A stretch of 64,000 nt of DNA, from assembly GCA_033763845.1 (NCBI GenBank), contig JANRJR010000016.1:7568-71567 (forward strand), read 5' to 3'. The notes under the pieces are model-generated. The model searched no databases and was not told the origin of the DNA. It saw nothing but the letters and a program-made list of their open reading frames with translations. The position numbers were made by a program, and so were the translations under genes. Shown here piece by piece: positions 48,066-62,915 of this stretch; position 1 is the first letter of the stretch, and the number at the start of each line of letters is the position of its first letter. This DNA is from Gammaproteobacteria bacterium (GTDB lineage Bacteria; Pseudomonadota; Gammaproteobacteria; DASZBR01).

Positions 48066-49734
48066 ATGTCTCCCAATATTCAATGATCAACTGCAACTTT
48101 TGTTGTTGATTAAAATGATTAACATCCAATCGATACACTGTTTTAATTTTTTCTGTATTTAATATCGAACCATAATTAAATAGCATCGCTTCTATAGGTT
48201 TAGCATTTTTATGTTGCGTCAAAAATAATTTCAAATGTTTATCTTGAATGAGTTGTTGATTTGCAATGCCAAACTCTCCCTCAAATAACGGCTCTGAAAA
48301 TCCTTGCCCCCAGGGCGCGCAATCTCTCAATAACATTGCATTTTCTATATTTAATTGCGACGCAATTAATTCCCCATCAGTTAACAAAACATTTTCAAAA
48401 TAATTTTTATCTGCTTTTTCAGAAACGGTCTGATTAAAAACTTCAGCAAATTTTTCGAATTTTTCTAACGGAATAGATAATCCTGCGGCCATCGCATGTC
48501 CACCAAATTTTTTAATCAGTCCGGGATTGCGGGTATCTATCAATGCCAAAATATCTCTTAAATGTAATCCAGGTATTGATCGCGCAGACGCTTTTAATTC
48601 TGTGTCACTAATTTTAGAAAATATTACCGTCGGTCGGTGATAACGATCTTTAATGCGTCCGGCTAAAATGCCAATCACACCTTGATGAAAATCCGCATGG
48701 TATAAACAAATACTTTCTGGAACTGACTCAAAACTAATATGCGCTAATATTTTTTCTGCTTGCGCTAACATGTCGGATTCAATATCACGGCGATTTTGAT
48801 TTAATGAGTCTAATTCAATGGCCATTCGATACGCCGAAATATCGTCGCTGCTTAAAAGACACGCGACACCTAACGACATATCTTCTAATCGCCCCGCAGC
48901 ATTCAAACGTGGCCCAACAGAAAATCCCAAATCGGCAGTTCGTACACGTTGCGCGTCACGTCTCGAGACTTTTAATAAGGCATAAATTCCTGGGCGAGAT
49001 AATCCGGCCCGAATTCTTTTTATACCTTGAGAGACCAATATTCTATTATTTTTATCTAAGCTAACGACATCAGCGACTGTTCCTAGCGCAACTAAATCTA
49101 GAAATTGGGCCATCGATACAGAATGATTTAGATATTTTCTCGTCGCTAACATGACATAAAAGATTACACCCACACCCGCAATATTTTTACTTTCGAATTT
49201 ATCATTGGGCTGATTGGGATTTACGATAACATCTGCATCAGGTAATGTTTCACCCGCAAGATGATGATCGGTAACTACAACTGTCATGCCATATTCTTTG
49301 GCTTTTTTTACGCCTTCATGACTGCTAATGCCATTATCTACGGTAATTAAAATATCGGGATTTCGTTGAGCAGCTAATTCGACAATCTCTGGCGTAAGAC
49401 CATAACCATATTCAAATCGATTTGGGATTAAATAATCGACATGTTGTGCACCCATCACTTTCAATGCACCTACGGCAACAGCAGTACTGGTTGCGCCATC
49501 TGTATCAAAATCCCCTAGAATTAAAAATTTTTTTTGTTCTTGAATGCCCTTCCCAATAATTTCGCCAGCCTTATGACTATTCAGCAAATTATCAAAGTTG
49601 AGGAGTTGTGATAGTTCAGTATTGAGTTCATCGGTATCTTCAATGCCGCGATTAGCATAGATACGCTTGAGCAAATCCGGTTCGTGAGAGAATTGACGTT
49701 GTTTGAGCGTTCTTCTCATTGCTGTTCGCGTCAT
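48064..49734 (-). CDS. recJ: single-stranded-DNA-specific exonuclease RecJ
   Basis: 556 aa. DHH motifs (GDFDTDG, VTDHH). DHHA1 GGH...AAG motif. Confidence 0.93.
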   Translation of the reverse strand: MTRTAMRRTLKQRQFSHEPDLLKRIYANRGIEDTDELNTELSQLLNFDNLLNSHKAGEIIGKGIQEQKKFLILGDFDTDGATSTAVAVGALKVMGAQHVDYLIPNRFEYGYGLTPEIVELAAQRNPDILITVDNGISSHEGVKKAKEYGMTVVVTDHHLAGETLPDADVIVNPNQPNDKFESKNIAGVGVIFYVMLATRKYLNHSVSMAQFLDLVALGTVADVVSLDKNNRILVSQGIKRIRAGLSRPGIYALLKVSRRDAQRVRTADLGFSVGPRLNAAGRLEDMSLGVACLLSSDDISAYRMAIELDSLNQNRRDIESDMLAQAEKILAHISFESVPESICLYHADFHQGVIGILAGRIKDRYHRPTVIFSKISDTELKASARSIPGLHLRDILALIDTRNPGLIKKFGGHAMAAGLSIPLEKFEKFAEVFNQTVSEKADKNYFENVLLTDGELIASQLNIENAMLLRDCAPWGQGFSEPLFEGEFGIANQQLIQDKHLKLFLTQHKNAKPIEAMLFNYGSILNTEKIKTVYRLDVNHFNQQQKLQLIIEYWET

Positions 49735-49757
49735 GCAAAATCCTTTAGAATCAAATC

Positions 49758-50105
49758 ATGATGGATTTTACGCTGGACAATTCCCCAAGTCATTATCAAA
49801 TTCGCTCCTATGAACGAGGGAAAATTGTCGTCAATGAAAAAACGATTACGCAGAATTTAATTATTTCTGCAAATAAATTAATTTACCCGTGGGATGAAAA
49901 TAATCTTGAGCCTATTTTAAAATTAAATCCTATTATTGTTTTATTAGGTACTGGTGAAGCCTTCAAAATCCTCTCCCCGAAATTCTTATCGCCTTTTTAT
50001 GAAAATAAAATAGGCGTCGAGGTCATGAATACCTCAGCTGCCTGTAGAACCTTCAATGTGTTAGCAGGAGAAGGCAGAAATGTTGTTGCGGGATTAATAA
50101 TTTAA
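49758..50105 (+). CDS. Mth938-like/DUF498 domain protein
   Basis: 115 aa. Family pattern IRSYE.GKI.VN.K..........W.......PE.VLLGTG...........GV.EVM.T.AACRT.N.L..EGR.V.A.L. Confidence 0.6.
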   Translation: MMDFTLDNSPSHYQIRSYERGKIVVNEKTITQNLIISANKLIYPWDENNLEPILKLNPIIVLLGTGEAFKILSPKFLSPFYENKIGVEVMNTSAACRTFNVLAGEGRNVVAGLII

Positions 50106-51417
50106 TATCTATACCGTTCCGTTTTATACGGACCTTCGACACTTAAACCAAGATAATCTGCCTGTTTTTTCGTCAATTTGGTCAAATTTACACCCAATTT
50201 GTCTAAATGCAGCCTAGCCACTTTCTCATCCAAATCTTTCGGCAATACGTGAACACCAACTGAATATTTGTCGGCATGATTCCACAATTCAATTTGTGCA
50301 ATCACTTGATTCGTAAAGGACGTCGACATCACAAAACTCGAATGTCCCGTCGCACAACCTAAATTCACCAATCGACCTTCGGCTAATAAAAGAACTGTTT
50401 TTCCATGTGGCATTTCAACCAAATCTACTTGAGGCTTAATATTTGTCCATTTATATTTTCGTAACGACGCCACATCAATCTCAGAATCAAAATGACCAAT
50501 GTTGCAAACGAGGGACTGATGTTTCATCTTTAATAAATGTTCATGAGTTATAACATCAATATTACCCGTTGCCGTCACAAAAATATCGCCATACGATGCT
50601 GCATCATCCATCGTTACAACACGATACCCTTCCATCGCTGCCTGCAATGCAATAATAGGATCGATTTCGGTAATATGAACCGTTGCTCCCAGTCCTCTTA
50701 AAGACTGCGCACAACCTTTGCCCACATCACCGTAACCACACACAACCGCAATTTTTCCGGCAATCATAATATCTGTCGCGCGTTTAATACCGTCCATCAA
50801 TGATTCACGACAGCCATATAAATTATCAAATTTAGATTTCGTCACAGAATCATTGACGTTTATAGCCGGCGTTTTTAATTGTTTTTTCGCATGCATTTCA
50901 TATAACCGATGCACACCTGTTGTCGTTTCTTCAGAAATACCCTTAATATCTTTTAATAATTCTGGGTATTTTTCATAAATTCGTAATGTTAAATCACCGC
51001 CATCATCTAAAATCATGTTGGGCGTCCAACCGTCTGGACCATGAATCGTTTGTTCAATACACCACCAAAATTCGTCTTCCGTTTCACCTTTCCACGCAAA
51101 TACGGGAATATTCTGTGCAGCAATCGCTGCCGCCGCATGATCTTGCGTAGAAAAAATATTGCAGGATGACCAACGAATTTCTGCGCCGAGATCAACTAAC
51201 GTTTCAATTAATACCGCTGTTTGAATGGTCATATGCAAACAACCCGCGATACGAGCACCTTTTAAGGGATTTTTTCCATGGTACTCTTTTCGAAGTGCCA
51301 TCAATCCAGGCATTTCTATTTCAGCTAATTTAATTTCTTTTTTGCCCCAATCAGCGAGAGCAATATCGGCAACACGGAAATCTTGTTTCATATGAGTCCT
51401 AGTTTTAAGGTCTTCGA

Positions 51418-51421
<4 letters not shown>
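50102..51421 (-). CDS. ahcY: adenosylhomocysteinase
   Basis: 439 aa. [18 protein letters not shown]-terminus. NAD-binding [12 protein letters not shown] overlap with metK stop. Alternative start at 51391. Confidence 0.93.
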
Positions 51422-54979
<3,558 letters not shown>

Positions 54980-55012
54980 TCAAGTCCATATTCATTCAAA
55001 ACAATCCGCTCA

Positions 55013-56092
55013 TTATACCCCGATTACACGTCCATGTTCCACGTGGAACAATGCCGGCTCAACAAAATCAATGCAGCCTCTCACCTCGTCGTAATCAATC
55101 GTTGTCAAAAACACCTGCGACTTAAAATCGCGCAGATGTTCGACCACGCAACGACGGTGTTTCGCGTCCAACTCCGCCGCAAAATCATCCAACAAATAAA
55201 CACACGAAACACCCCGACTGCTTTTCAACAACTGCCCTTGCGCTAAACGCAAAGCAATAACAACTAACTTTTGTTCCCCACGAGATAGCATCTCGCTCGC
55301 ACGACTCTCTCCACAACGAACCAACATCTCATCTCGATGAGGCCCATAATAGGTATGCTTAAGCTGAGCATCCCGAAAATAATTTCGCTCAAGCAACTCT
55401 GCAAGCCCTAATTCTTTCGACCATCCTCGCTGATACAATAACTGCAACTCAATCGAGGGAAGAAAATCTTTTATGATTAGCCCAAACAATTCAGACAGTT
55501 TTTCAACATAATCGCGGCGAAACACCGAAATTTGTTCACTGGCTTCTGCAAACTCATTATCCCAGACACAAACCTGGTCTTTTACATTCCCCAACTTCAA
55601 GGCAGCATTCCTCTGCTTCAAAGCCCTTTGCCATCGTTGCCAAATATTCAAAAATGAATGTTCCACGTGGAACACTCCCCAATCAATGAATTGTCGCCGT
55701 AAGCGAGGAGACCCCGTTAACAACTCATCGCTATCGGGATGGATTAATTGTAGCGGCAATATTTCTGCAATTGCCGCAGCAGATGATACAGACTCACCAT
55801 CGAGACGAAGCGATGTCTTTCCTTCTCGGTTTTTTTCTACGCCCACTGCACGAACATTTTCTTGCTGATAAAGGCGCGCAAAAACGGAAAGCGAATCGGC
55901 TTGATGATAAATGACTGGCATAACACTGTGATGACGAAAAGATCGATTGTGACTGAGCAGATACAACGATTCCAGAACGCTGGTTTTTCCACTGCCATTT
56001 TGCCCAAAGAAAACATTAAACCCAGGCGATAACGTTAATGAAACAGACAAGAGATTTCGAACAGCATTAATGTCACACTGAAAAAACCGCAT
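55013..56092 (-). CDS. recF: DNA replication and repair protein RecF
   Basis: 359 aa. Walker A GQNGSGKTS. ABC signature and Walker B (VYLLDDFAAELD). dnaA-dnaN-recF-gyrB synteny. Confidence 0.94.
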   Translation of the reverse strand: MRFFQCDINAVRNLLSVSLTLSPGFNVFFGQNGSGKTSVLESLYLLSHNRSFRHHSVMPVIYHQADSLSVFARLYQQENVRAVGVEKNREGKTSLRLDGESVSSAAAIAEILPLQLIHPDSDELLTGSPRLRRQFIDWGVFHVEHSFLNIWQRWQRALKQRNAALKLGNVKDQVCVWDNEFAEASEQISVFRRDYVEKLSELFGLIIKDFLPSIELQLLYQRGWSKELGLAELLERNYFRDAQLKHTYYGPHRDEMLVRCGESRASEMLSRGEQKLVVIALRLAQGQLLKSSRGVSCVYLLDDFAAELDAKHRRCVVEHLRDFKSQVFLTTIDYDEVRGCIDFVEPALFHVEHGRVIGV

Positions 56093-57196
56093 TTAAAGTG
56101 ACATAGGCATAATAACAAACTGTGCTTTTTCTAAGGCTTCAGAATAAATTAACACACTGTTATCTGCGTTGGATAAAGTAAATATAACGTCGCCTGACGG
56201 CACTGCCGATAGCACATCGAGTAAATAGTTCACATTAAATCCCATCTCAAGAGGCTCACCCTCGTAATTCATAGAGATCTCCTCTTTGGCTTCTTCTTGC
56301 TCTGTATTCGTAGCGGTAATTAACAATATTCCCGGTGAAAAATTTAAACGGACCGCATGATACTTTTCGTTAGTTAAAATAGCGGCACGCGCCAGCGCAT
56401 GTTTCAGCGTATCTCTATCCACCAATGCTTTTTTATTTCCACCTTGAGGTATAACCCTACGATAATCCGGGAATTTCCCTTCAATTAGTCGAGATACAAA
56501 CGTGAACGTGTCCGACTCAAGTCGAATGGCATTCGCGCCAATGTGCATTGAAAGCATTTTTCCTTCATCTTTGGATAGTAGCCGCAACAATTCAAAAACA
56601 CCTTTTCGAGGTAGAATAAATTGAGTAGGCTCTGTTAATTCAGGAAAATCCATTTTACGCACAGCTAACCGATGCCCGTCCGTTGCAACAGAACACATAC
56701 TCCCAGCATTCGCCTCAAAAAATAATCCATTCAAATAAAAACGCACATCTTGTTGCGCCATTGCAAACGATGTCGATTCTAACAGTGCTGCCAAATCAGA
56801 TTGTAAACACGTGACATTCTTTCCTGAGGCTTCAAACGCCGCCAGCGGAAAATCAGATGAAGGCAATGTCACTAATGAAAAGCGACTTTTCCCTGCAATT
56901 ACGGCTGCTTTTGTACCGTCTAATTGAAAACAAATATCCGTATTTTCAGGTAAGGTTCTACAAATATCCATTAACTTTCGACCCGAAACAGTAGTTTCAA
57001 ATGACTGCTCGTTTTCAATTAGTTCTGCATGCCCTGTTAATTCAATCTCTAAATCAGAGCCCACAAGTGATAAAAGATTATTGTGCGCACGAATGAGAAC
57101 GTGAGACAAAATAGGTAAACTTTGTCGCCGCTCTACAACGCCCGTGACAAATTGAAGTCCTTTTAACAACTGATCTCGTTTGGTGGTAAATTTCAT
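56093..57196 (-). CDS. dnaN: DNA polymerase III beta sliding clamp
   Basis: 367 aa. Three-domain clamp. Immediately downstream of dnaA. Confidence 0.95.
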   Translation of the reverse strand: MKFTTKRDQLLKGLQFVTGVVERRQSLPILSHVLIRAHNNLLSLVGSDLEIELTGHAELIENEQSFETTVSGRKLMDICRTLPENTDICFQLDGTKAAVIAGKSRFSLVTLPSSDFPLAAFEASGKNVTCLQSDLAALLESTSFAMAQQDVRFYLNGLFFEANAGSMCSVATDGHRLAVRKMDFPELTEPTQFILPRKGVFELLRLLSKDEGKMLSMHIGANAIRLESDTFTFVSRLIEGKFPDYRRVIPQGGNKKALVDRDTLKHALARAAILTNEKYHAVRLNFSPGILLITATNTEQEEAKEEISMNYEGEPLEMGFNVNYLLDVLSAVPSGDVIFTLSNADNSVLIYSEALEKAQFVIMPMSL

Positions 57197-57206
57197 GGCA
57201 CAAATC

Positions 57207-58508
57207 CTACGTGGTTAATATTCGCATTAAATTGAGATAATCTTCTTTTATTGTACTTGATATTTCTCTAAATTCCGCAACAGCTCGTGTTGCATGCAAT
57301 ACGGTTGTATGGTCTCGTCCACCAAACGCTTCACCTATTTCTGGCAAGCTGTGAGTAGTGAGCTCTTTTGCCAATGCCATCGCAACTTGTCTGGGACGCG
57401 TTATAGAACGACTACGACGCTTAGATAATAAATCAGACACTTTGATTTTATAATATTCTGCAACAACTTTCTGGATATTTTCGATAGTCACCATTCTTTC
57501 TTGTAATGCAATTAAATCTTTTAGCGCTTCTTTTGCTAAAGATAAATCGATTTCTTTACCCAAAAAATTCGAGCTTGCAACAACCCTTTTTAGGGCGCCC
57601 TCTAATTCTCGGACATTAGAACGAACTCGTTGTGCAATAAAAAAAGCAACTTCTGAAGATAAAAAAGTATTAGATTGAACCGCTTTATTCAACAAAATTG
57701 CTACCCGTGTTTCCAATTCCGGGGGCTCAACTGCAACCGTTAACCCCCAACCAAAACGTGACTTTAAGCGTTCTTCCATCCCTTCTACTTCTTTTGGAAA
57801 ACGATCGCAGGTAAAAATCATTTGCCGACCTGATTCCAGTAAGCAGTTAAATACATGAAACAGCTCCTCCTGGGATCTCTCTTTTCCTGCAAAAAATTGA
57901 ATATCATCAATAAATAATGCATCTAATGAACGATAGTAGTTTTTAAATTGCGTAATGGTATTCGTTTGCAACGCACGAATCATTTCAGAAACAAATCGTT
58001 CAGAATGTAGGTAAAGTACTTTGAGTTTCGGATTTTTTTTAAGCATACCATTACCAACGGCTTGCATTAGATGCGTTTTCCCCAACCCTACAGAACCATA
58101 TAAAAACAAGGGGTTATAGGCTTGTCCAAAATTTTCAGAAACTTGGATAGCTGCAGCTTTTGCTAATTGATTAGATTTTCCTTCGACAAAATAATCAAAG
58201 TTGAACATAGGGTTTAGATTTGTTTGAAAAAACTCCGGGTCGCCACTGTTTTCCACCCTTTTATCCGCTTCTTTTTGCGGAAAGCCTACAGTTACAATAA
58301 TGTCTTCACCCATTAATGATTTAATTTTAGAAAGAAATTTCGACGAAACACGTTCAGTAATAAAGTGATTAGGCGCAAATAAATATAATTTTCCGTCATG
58401 CGAATGAAACTGAAGTGGCTTTATCCACGTATCAAATTCTTGAGAGCTCATCTCTTGAGAAAGCGCTGAAAGACAATTTTCCCAATTTTTATCCGTAATC
58501 ATTGACAT
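57207..58508 (-). CDS. dnaA: chromosomal replication initiator DnaA
   Basis: 433 aa. AAA+ Walker [11 protein letters not shown]. Box VII. C-terminal DNA-binding helix-turn-helix ([23 protein letters not shown]). Confidence 0.96.
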   Translation of the reverse strand: MSMITDKNWENCLSALSQEMSSQEFDTWIKPLQFHSHDGKLYLFAPNHFITERVSSKFLSKIKSLMGEDIIVTVGFPQKEADKRVENSGDPEFFQTNLNPMFNFDYFVEGKSNQLAKAAAIQVSENFGQAYNPLFLYGSVGLGKTHLMQAVGNGMLKKNPKLKVLYLHSERFVSEMIRALQTNTITQFKNYYRSLDALFIDDIQFFAGKERSQEELFHVFNCLLESGRQMIFTCDRFPKEVEGMEERLKSRFGWGLTVAVEPPELETRVAILLNKAVQSNTFLSSEVAFFIAQRVRSNVRELEGALKRVVASSNFLGKEIDLSLAKEALKDLIALQERMVTIENIQKVVAEYYKIKVSDLLSKRRSRSITRPRQVAMALAKELTTHSLPEIGEAFGGRDHTTVLHATRAVAEFREISSTIKEDYLNLMRILTT

Positions 58509-58515
58509 AGAAACC

Positions 58516-58524
58516 TGTGGATAT
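58516..58524. promoter_or_regulatory. DnaA box (8/9 match, ATATCCACA on minus strand)
   Basis: TGTGGATAT immediately upstream of the dnaA start. Confidence 0.5.
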
Positions 58525-58583
58525 CTCTGTGAGTAACAGTGGAAAACTAGCGTAACATAACTAAAGTTTTTCTACGACAGGAT

Positions 58584-58592
58584 TTATCCACA
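58584..58592. promoter_or_regulatory. DnaA box, perfect consensus TTATCCACA
   Basis: Exact 9-mer in the dnaA 5' intergenic region. An AT-rich stretch follows at about 58690-58770. Confidence 0.6.
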
Positions 58593-58780
58593 AGTTATTC
58601 ACGGCCATATCACCTACTTTTACATAACTTATATCCCCATGTAAATTATTGTTTTATATGAAAAAAATTACGGTATTCACAGAAAACGGTATCCTTCATC
58701 ATCAATACATATAAATTAATATTATTAATAATAATATGATAGGATAAAAATCTATTATTTAGACATTACGCGAGGAATCT

Positions 58781-59785
58781 ATGGGCATAAAAATTGCTAT
58801 TAACGGATATGGCCGTATTGGAAGGAATATTTTAAGAGCGCTTTATGAAGGTCCGCATAATGGGAAGATTCAAATTGTAGCGATTAACGATATGGGCGAT
58901 GTCAAAACGAATGCCCATTTAACCCAATATGATTCCACTCACGGGAAATTTTCTGGGCAAGTCAGTACGCAAGGCAACGATTTAATTGTAAACGGTGATG
59001 CTATCAAAGTTTTTAGCGAACGAGATCCTACTAAATTACCGTGGGGGCAATTAGGGATTGATGTGGTTCTTGAATGTACCGGAATTTTTACAAGCAAAGA
59101 AAAATCCATGGTTCATATTCGTAGTGGTGCAAAAAAGGTGATTATTTCTGCGCCCGGTGGTGATGATGTAGACGCTACCATAGTTTTTGGCGTTAATCAT
59201 TCGATTTTAAAATCTGAGCATGAAGTGATCTCTAATGCCTCGTGTACGACCAATTGCTTAGCGCCGTTAGCTAAGGTCTTGCAGCAAACGGTTGGAATTG
59301 AAGAAGGCCTGATGACAACGGTCCATGCTTATACCAACGATCAAGTACTGGTTGACAGTTATCATAGCGATTTACGACGGGCTCGTTCAGCGACACAGTC
59401 CATGATTCCCACAAAGACCGGTGCAGCAAGCGCTTTGGGTTTAGTATTGCCTGATTTGAAGGGCAAATTGGATGGTTTTGCGATGCGTGTTCCCACTTTG
59501 AACGTATCTGTAGTTGATCTTTCGTTTATGGCTAAACGCCAAACAACGGTGGACGAAATCAATCAAGCCATTCAAAAAGCGGCAGAAGGCGAAATGAAAG
59601 GGATTTTGACGTATAATACAGTGCCGTTGGTCTCGGTGGATTTTAACCATCACTCTGCATCGTCTATTTTCGATGCAACGCAAACAAAGGTGATAGGGAA
59701 ATTAGTTAAAGTTTTGTCTTGGTATGATAACGAGTGGGGCTTTTCCAACCGAATGTTGGATGTAACAGCAGCCTGGATGAAATAA
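58781..59785 (+). CDS. gapA: glyceraldehyde-3-phosphate dehydrogenase (type I GAPDH)
   Basis: 334 aa. NGYGRIGR Rossmann. Catalytic [10 protein letters not shown]-terminal WYDNEWG. Confidence 0.92.
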   Translation: MGIKIAINGYGRIGRNILRALYEGPHNGKIQIVAINDMGDVKTNAHLTQYDSTHGKFSGQVSTQGNDLIVNGDAIKVFSERDPTKLPWGQLGIDVVLECTGIFTSKEKSMVHIRSGAKKVIISAPGGDDVDATIVFGVNHSILKSEHEVISNASCTTNCLAPLAKVLQQTVGIEEGLMTTVHAYTNDQVLVDSYHSDLRRARSATQSMIPTKTGAASALGLVLPDLKGKLDGFAMRVPTLNVSVVDLSFMAKRQTTVDEINQAIQKAAEGEMKGILTYNTVPLVSVDFNHHSASSIFDATQTKVIGKLVKVLSWYDNEWGFSNRMLDVTAAWMK

Positions 59786-61024
59786 ATGTCATTTGTTGCA
59801 TGTGGATTAAGTTATAAAACCGCTCCCGTCAGTGTGCGTGAACAGTTTTATTTCCCCAAAGAAAAAATTGCCGATTCATTGCTTGCATTGAAAAAATCAG
59901 TGCTGGTGAAAGACGCAGTGATTTTATCCACCTGCAATCGTACTGAAATTTATTGTTCATCAGTATCGAATCCTAAAGCCTTATCTGATTGGCTAGCGCA
60001 TCATCATGCTATATCACCTGAGAGTCTTTCTTCGTATTTGTATATGCATCACGGCGAGGAAAGCGTTAAGCATGTATTTCGTGTGGCGAGTGGCATTGAT
60101 TCTATGGTTTTAGGCGAACCACAAATTTTTGGTCAATTGAAGGAAGCTGTTTCGATTGCAGAAAAAGCAGGGACCTTAAACGGTGCACTTCGAAAATTTT
60201 TTCATCATGCTTTTTCAGTGGGAAAAAAAATTCGGGCTGAGACGAGTATTGGTGTTAATTCTTTATCACTGGGACACGTTATTCTTCAATTAATGCGAAA
60301 AAAGAATCGTGATATTTCACGCCAAAAAATTTTGATTCTTGGTGCGGGTGAAGTTATTGAATCTGTTGTTGACGTTATAAAACACCAAGATTTTCAGCAT
60401 ATTAGGGTTGCAAACCGGACACAAAAACATGCAAAAAAAATCGCTGCGCAATTAAAAGCCTCTGTTTGTAAACTAAGTGAAATAGATTTATCTCAAGCGG
60501 ATGTTGTTATTTCTGCTGTAGGAAGCCAAACGCCTGTTATCGATAAAAAAACTGTGTTTTCTGCACTGAAAAAAAGGAACCAAAAGCCCATCTTATTTTT
60601 TGATCTAGGGGTCCCTCGAAATATTGCACCAGAAATTAAATCTTTTAAGCATGTTGAGTTATTTAGTTTTGATGAAATGAAAGACTTGTTGGATAAGAAT
60701 AAAGAAAAGCGATTAAGTTGTGTGGTTGATGCAGAAATGATGATTGATGCACAAACCAAAAAATTTATTGCAAGCTTGCGATCCTGTAGTGTTTCCGAAG
60801 CCGTAAAAAAATACCGACAAAAAATGTTGTTTGTTCGTGATGAGTATTTAGAAAAATCTTTGGCATCGCTACGAACGGGTGAATGTCCCGAGAAAGTGAT
60901 TAAAAAACTGTCTCACCAAATTACGAATAAATTTTTGCATGCACCTTCGGTGAATTTAAAAAAAGCTGCTTGTCAGGAAGACTGGGTATTGATTCATGCA
61001 TTAGAAAAACTGTGGGATATTTAA
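59786..61024 (+). CDS. hemA: glutamyl-tRNA reductase
   Basis: 412 aa. GLSYKTAPVSVRE. Catalytic-Cys region STCNRTEIY. NADP-binding GAGEV. Confidence 0.92.
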   Translation: MSFVACGLSYKTAPVSVREQFYFPKEKIADSLLALKKSVLVKDAVILSTCNRTEIYCSSVSNPKALSDWLAHHHAISPESLSSYLYMHHGEESVKHVFRVASGIDSMVLGEPQIFGQLKEAVSIAEKAGTLNGALRKFFHHAFSVGKKIRAETSIGVNSLSLGHVILQLMRKKNRDISRQKILILGAGEVIESVVDVIKHQDFQHIRVANRTQKHAKKIAAQLKASVCKLSEIDLSQADVVISAVGSQTPVIDKKTVFSALKKRNQKPILFFDLGVPRNIAPEIKSFKHVELFSFDEMKDLLDKNKEKRLSCVVDAEMMIDAQTKKFIASLRSCSVSEAVKKYRQKMLFVRDEYLEKSLASLRTGECPEKVIKKLSHQITNKFLHAPSVNLKKAACQEDWVLIHALEKLWDI

Positions 61025-61027
61025 ATT

Positions 61028-62116
61028 ATGTTAAAACCCACGCTGTCTAAAAAACTCATCCATTTGGTAGAGCGTCATGAAGAAATCAATCATTTATTAA
61101 GTTCACCAGAAATTATTAGTGACAACACGAAGTTCCGTGAGCTTTCCAAAGAATATTCGGAATTACAAAAAGTAGTTGATGCTTATAAAAAATACGAAGA
61201 TATTAATAACCAATTAGCTGCCGCATTAGCGTTATTAGAAGACAGCGACGGTGATATGCGTGCGATGGCAAATGAAGAATCTGAACAATTAAAAATAGAA
61301 CAAGAAAAGAGCGAAGCGGAATTACAAGGGTTTTTATTGCCTCAAGATCCCAATGATAACCGCAATATATTTTTAGAAATTAGAGCAGCTGCTGGAGGTG
61401 ATGAGTCTTCTATTTTTGCGGGTGATTTGTTTCGTATGTACTCACGTTACGCAGAAAAAAAACGCTGGTTGATCGAAATTTTACAATCCAATGCTGGTGA
61501 GCATGGGGGATATAAGTCCATTATCGCGCGAGTTAGTGGCGAAGGCGTGTATGCTAAATTAAAATTTGAATCAGGCGCACATCGCGTACAGCGTGTTCCT
61601 GAAACCGAAGCGCAAGGAAGAGTGCATACGTCAACGTGTACTGTTGCGGTGCTGCCTGAACTTGAAGAAGTGGAAGACATAAATATTAATCCAGCGGATT
61701 TAAAAATTGATACGTATCGTGCATCGGGTGCGGGTGGTCAGCACGTCAATAAAACAGATTCCGCCATTCGTATTACACATATTCCAACGGGAACAGTTGT
61801 GGAATGCCAAGAAGAACGATCGCAACATAAAAATCGAGCGAGAGCAATGTCGTTATTAAAATCACGATTGTTGAATGCGGAAGTTGCCAAGCAGCAAAAG
61901 CATGAAGCGGAAACGCGTCGTAATCTTGTTGGAACCGGAGATCGTTCGGAGCGAATTCGAACGTACAATTTCCCACAAGGTCGATTGACGGATCATCGCA
62001 TTAATCTTACGTTGTATAAACTGTCCGATATCATGGAAGGTGATTTGGATGGTGTCATTGAGCCATTACGTCATGAATATCAAGCAGATCTGCTCGCAAG
62101 TCTCAGCGACGATTGA
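61028..62116 (+). CDS. prfA: peptide chain release factor 1
   Basis: 362 aa. GGQ motif ([16 protein letters not shown]). PxT-type recognition region. hemA-prfA-prmC synteny. Confidence 0.95.
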   Translation: MLKPTLSKKLIHLVERHEEINHLLSSPEIISDNTKFRELSKEYSELQKVVDAYKKYEDINNQLAAALALLEDSDGDMRAMANEESEQLKIEQEKSEAELQGFLLPQDPNDNRNIFLEIRAAAGGDESSIFAGDLFRMYSRYAEKKRWLIEILQSNAGEHGGYKSIIARVSGEGVYAKLKFESGAHRVQRVPETEAQGRVHTSTCTVAVLPELEEVEDININPADLKIDTYRASGAGGQHVNKTDSAIRITHIPTGTVVECQEERSQHKNRARAMSLLKSRLLNAEVAKQQKHEAETRRNLVGTGDRSERIRTYNFPQGRLTDHRINLTLYKLSDIMEGDLDGVIEPLRHEYQADLLASLSDD

Positions 62117-62882
62117 GCGATTAGAGGTCGAAATATTATTGTCGCATGTGTTGAATAAACCGCGCGTATATTTATATTCTCACCCGGAAGAACCGCTCAC
62201 CTCTGAACAGTGTGATCAATTTAACCAATTAATCAAAAGGCGTGAACAAGGTGAGCCATTGGTTTATATCACAGGAAAAACCGAATTTTATGGATTAGCA
62301 TTTGACATCACTCCAGACGTTCTTGTTCCTCGCCCAGAGACAGAATTATTGATTGATTACATACTGGATAACCTGAAAGTTAAAACAGCCTCTGTGCTTG
62401 AATTAGGAACAGGTAGCGGGATTATTGCAATTACCTTGGCGAAATATAGACCCGATTGGAATATTACAGCGACAGATATTTCAGCGGGAGCTCTAACTAT
62501 TGCGAAACGTAACAGTCATTTTCATGATGCAAAGACTATTCGATGGATTGAGTCGGATTGGTATAGCAATATCAAAGTCGAGAAATATGACTTGATCATC
62601 AGCAATCCCCCTTATATTGCTAAAGATGATCCCCATTTGCGTGATTTATCCTACGAGCCTCATGGGGCGTTAATTTCTGGGCACGAAGGTTTAGACGCTA
62701 TAAAAAAAATCATCAAAGGCGCAACAGGTTATCTTGTTCAGGAAGGAGAGATTGTTTTGGAACATGGGTACAATCAGGCCGAGGCAGTGCAGAATTGTCT
62801 TCATGAACATGGCTTTAAAGACATCAAAACCCTGGATGATTTAAATCACCAACCACGGGTAACAATTGCAACGCATCCGTAG
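62073..62882 (+). CDS. prmC: release factor glutamine N5-methyltransferase PrmC (HemK)
   Basis: NPPY motif. [14 protein letters not shown] motif. Start placed at MNIKQI (ORF track 62040); 3' of prfA overlaps. Confidence 0.9.
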   Translation: MNIKQICSQVSATIERLEVEILLSHVLNKPRVYLYSHPEEPLTSEQCDQFNQLIKRREQGEPLVYITGKTEFYGLAFDITPDVLVPRPETELLIDYILDNLKVKTASVLELGTGSGIIAITLAKYRPDWNITATDISAGALTIAKRNSHFHDAKTIRWIESDWYSNIKVEKYDLIISNPPYIAKDDPHLRDLSYEPHGALISGHEGLDAIKKIIKGATGYLVQEGEIVLEHGYNQAEAVQNCLHEHGFKDIKTLDDLNHQPRVTIATHP

Positions 62883-62915
62883 TTTTGGTGTATACTCGCA
62901 TTTTTGGAGAACTTT

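Noticed and set aside
55030-55680. Perfect 14-16 nt palindrome TTCCACGTGGAA (ATGTTCCACGTGGAACA) occurring twice inside recF, about 620 bp apart. It looked like a regulatory inverted-repeat pair or uptake-sequence-like element.
   Set aside because: It is the coding sequence of the peptide F-H-V-E-H, which occurs twice in RecF. The codon string TTC-CAC-GTG-GAA is self-complementary by coincidence. No further copies were seen elsewhere in the window.
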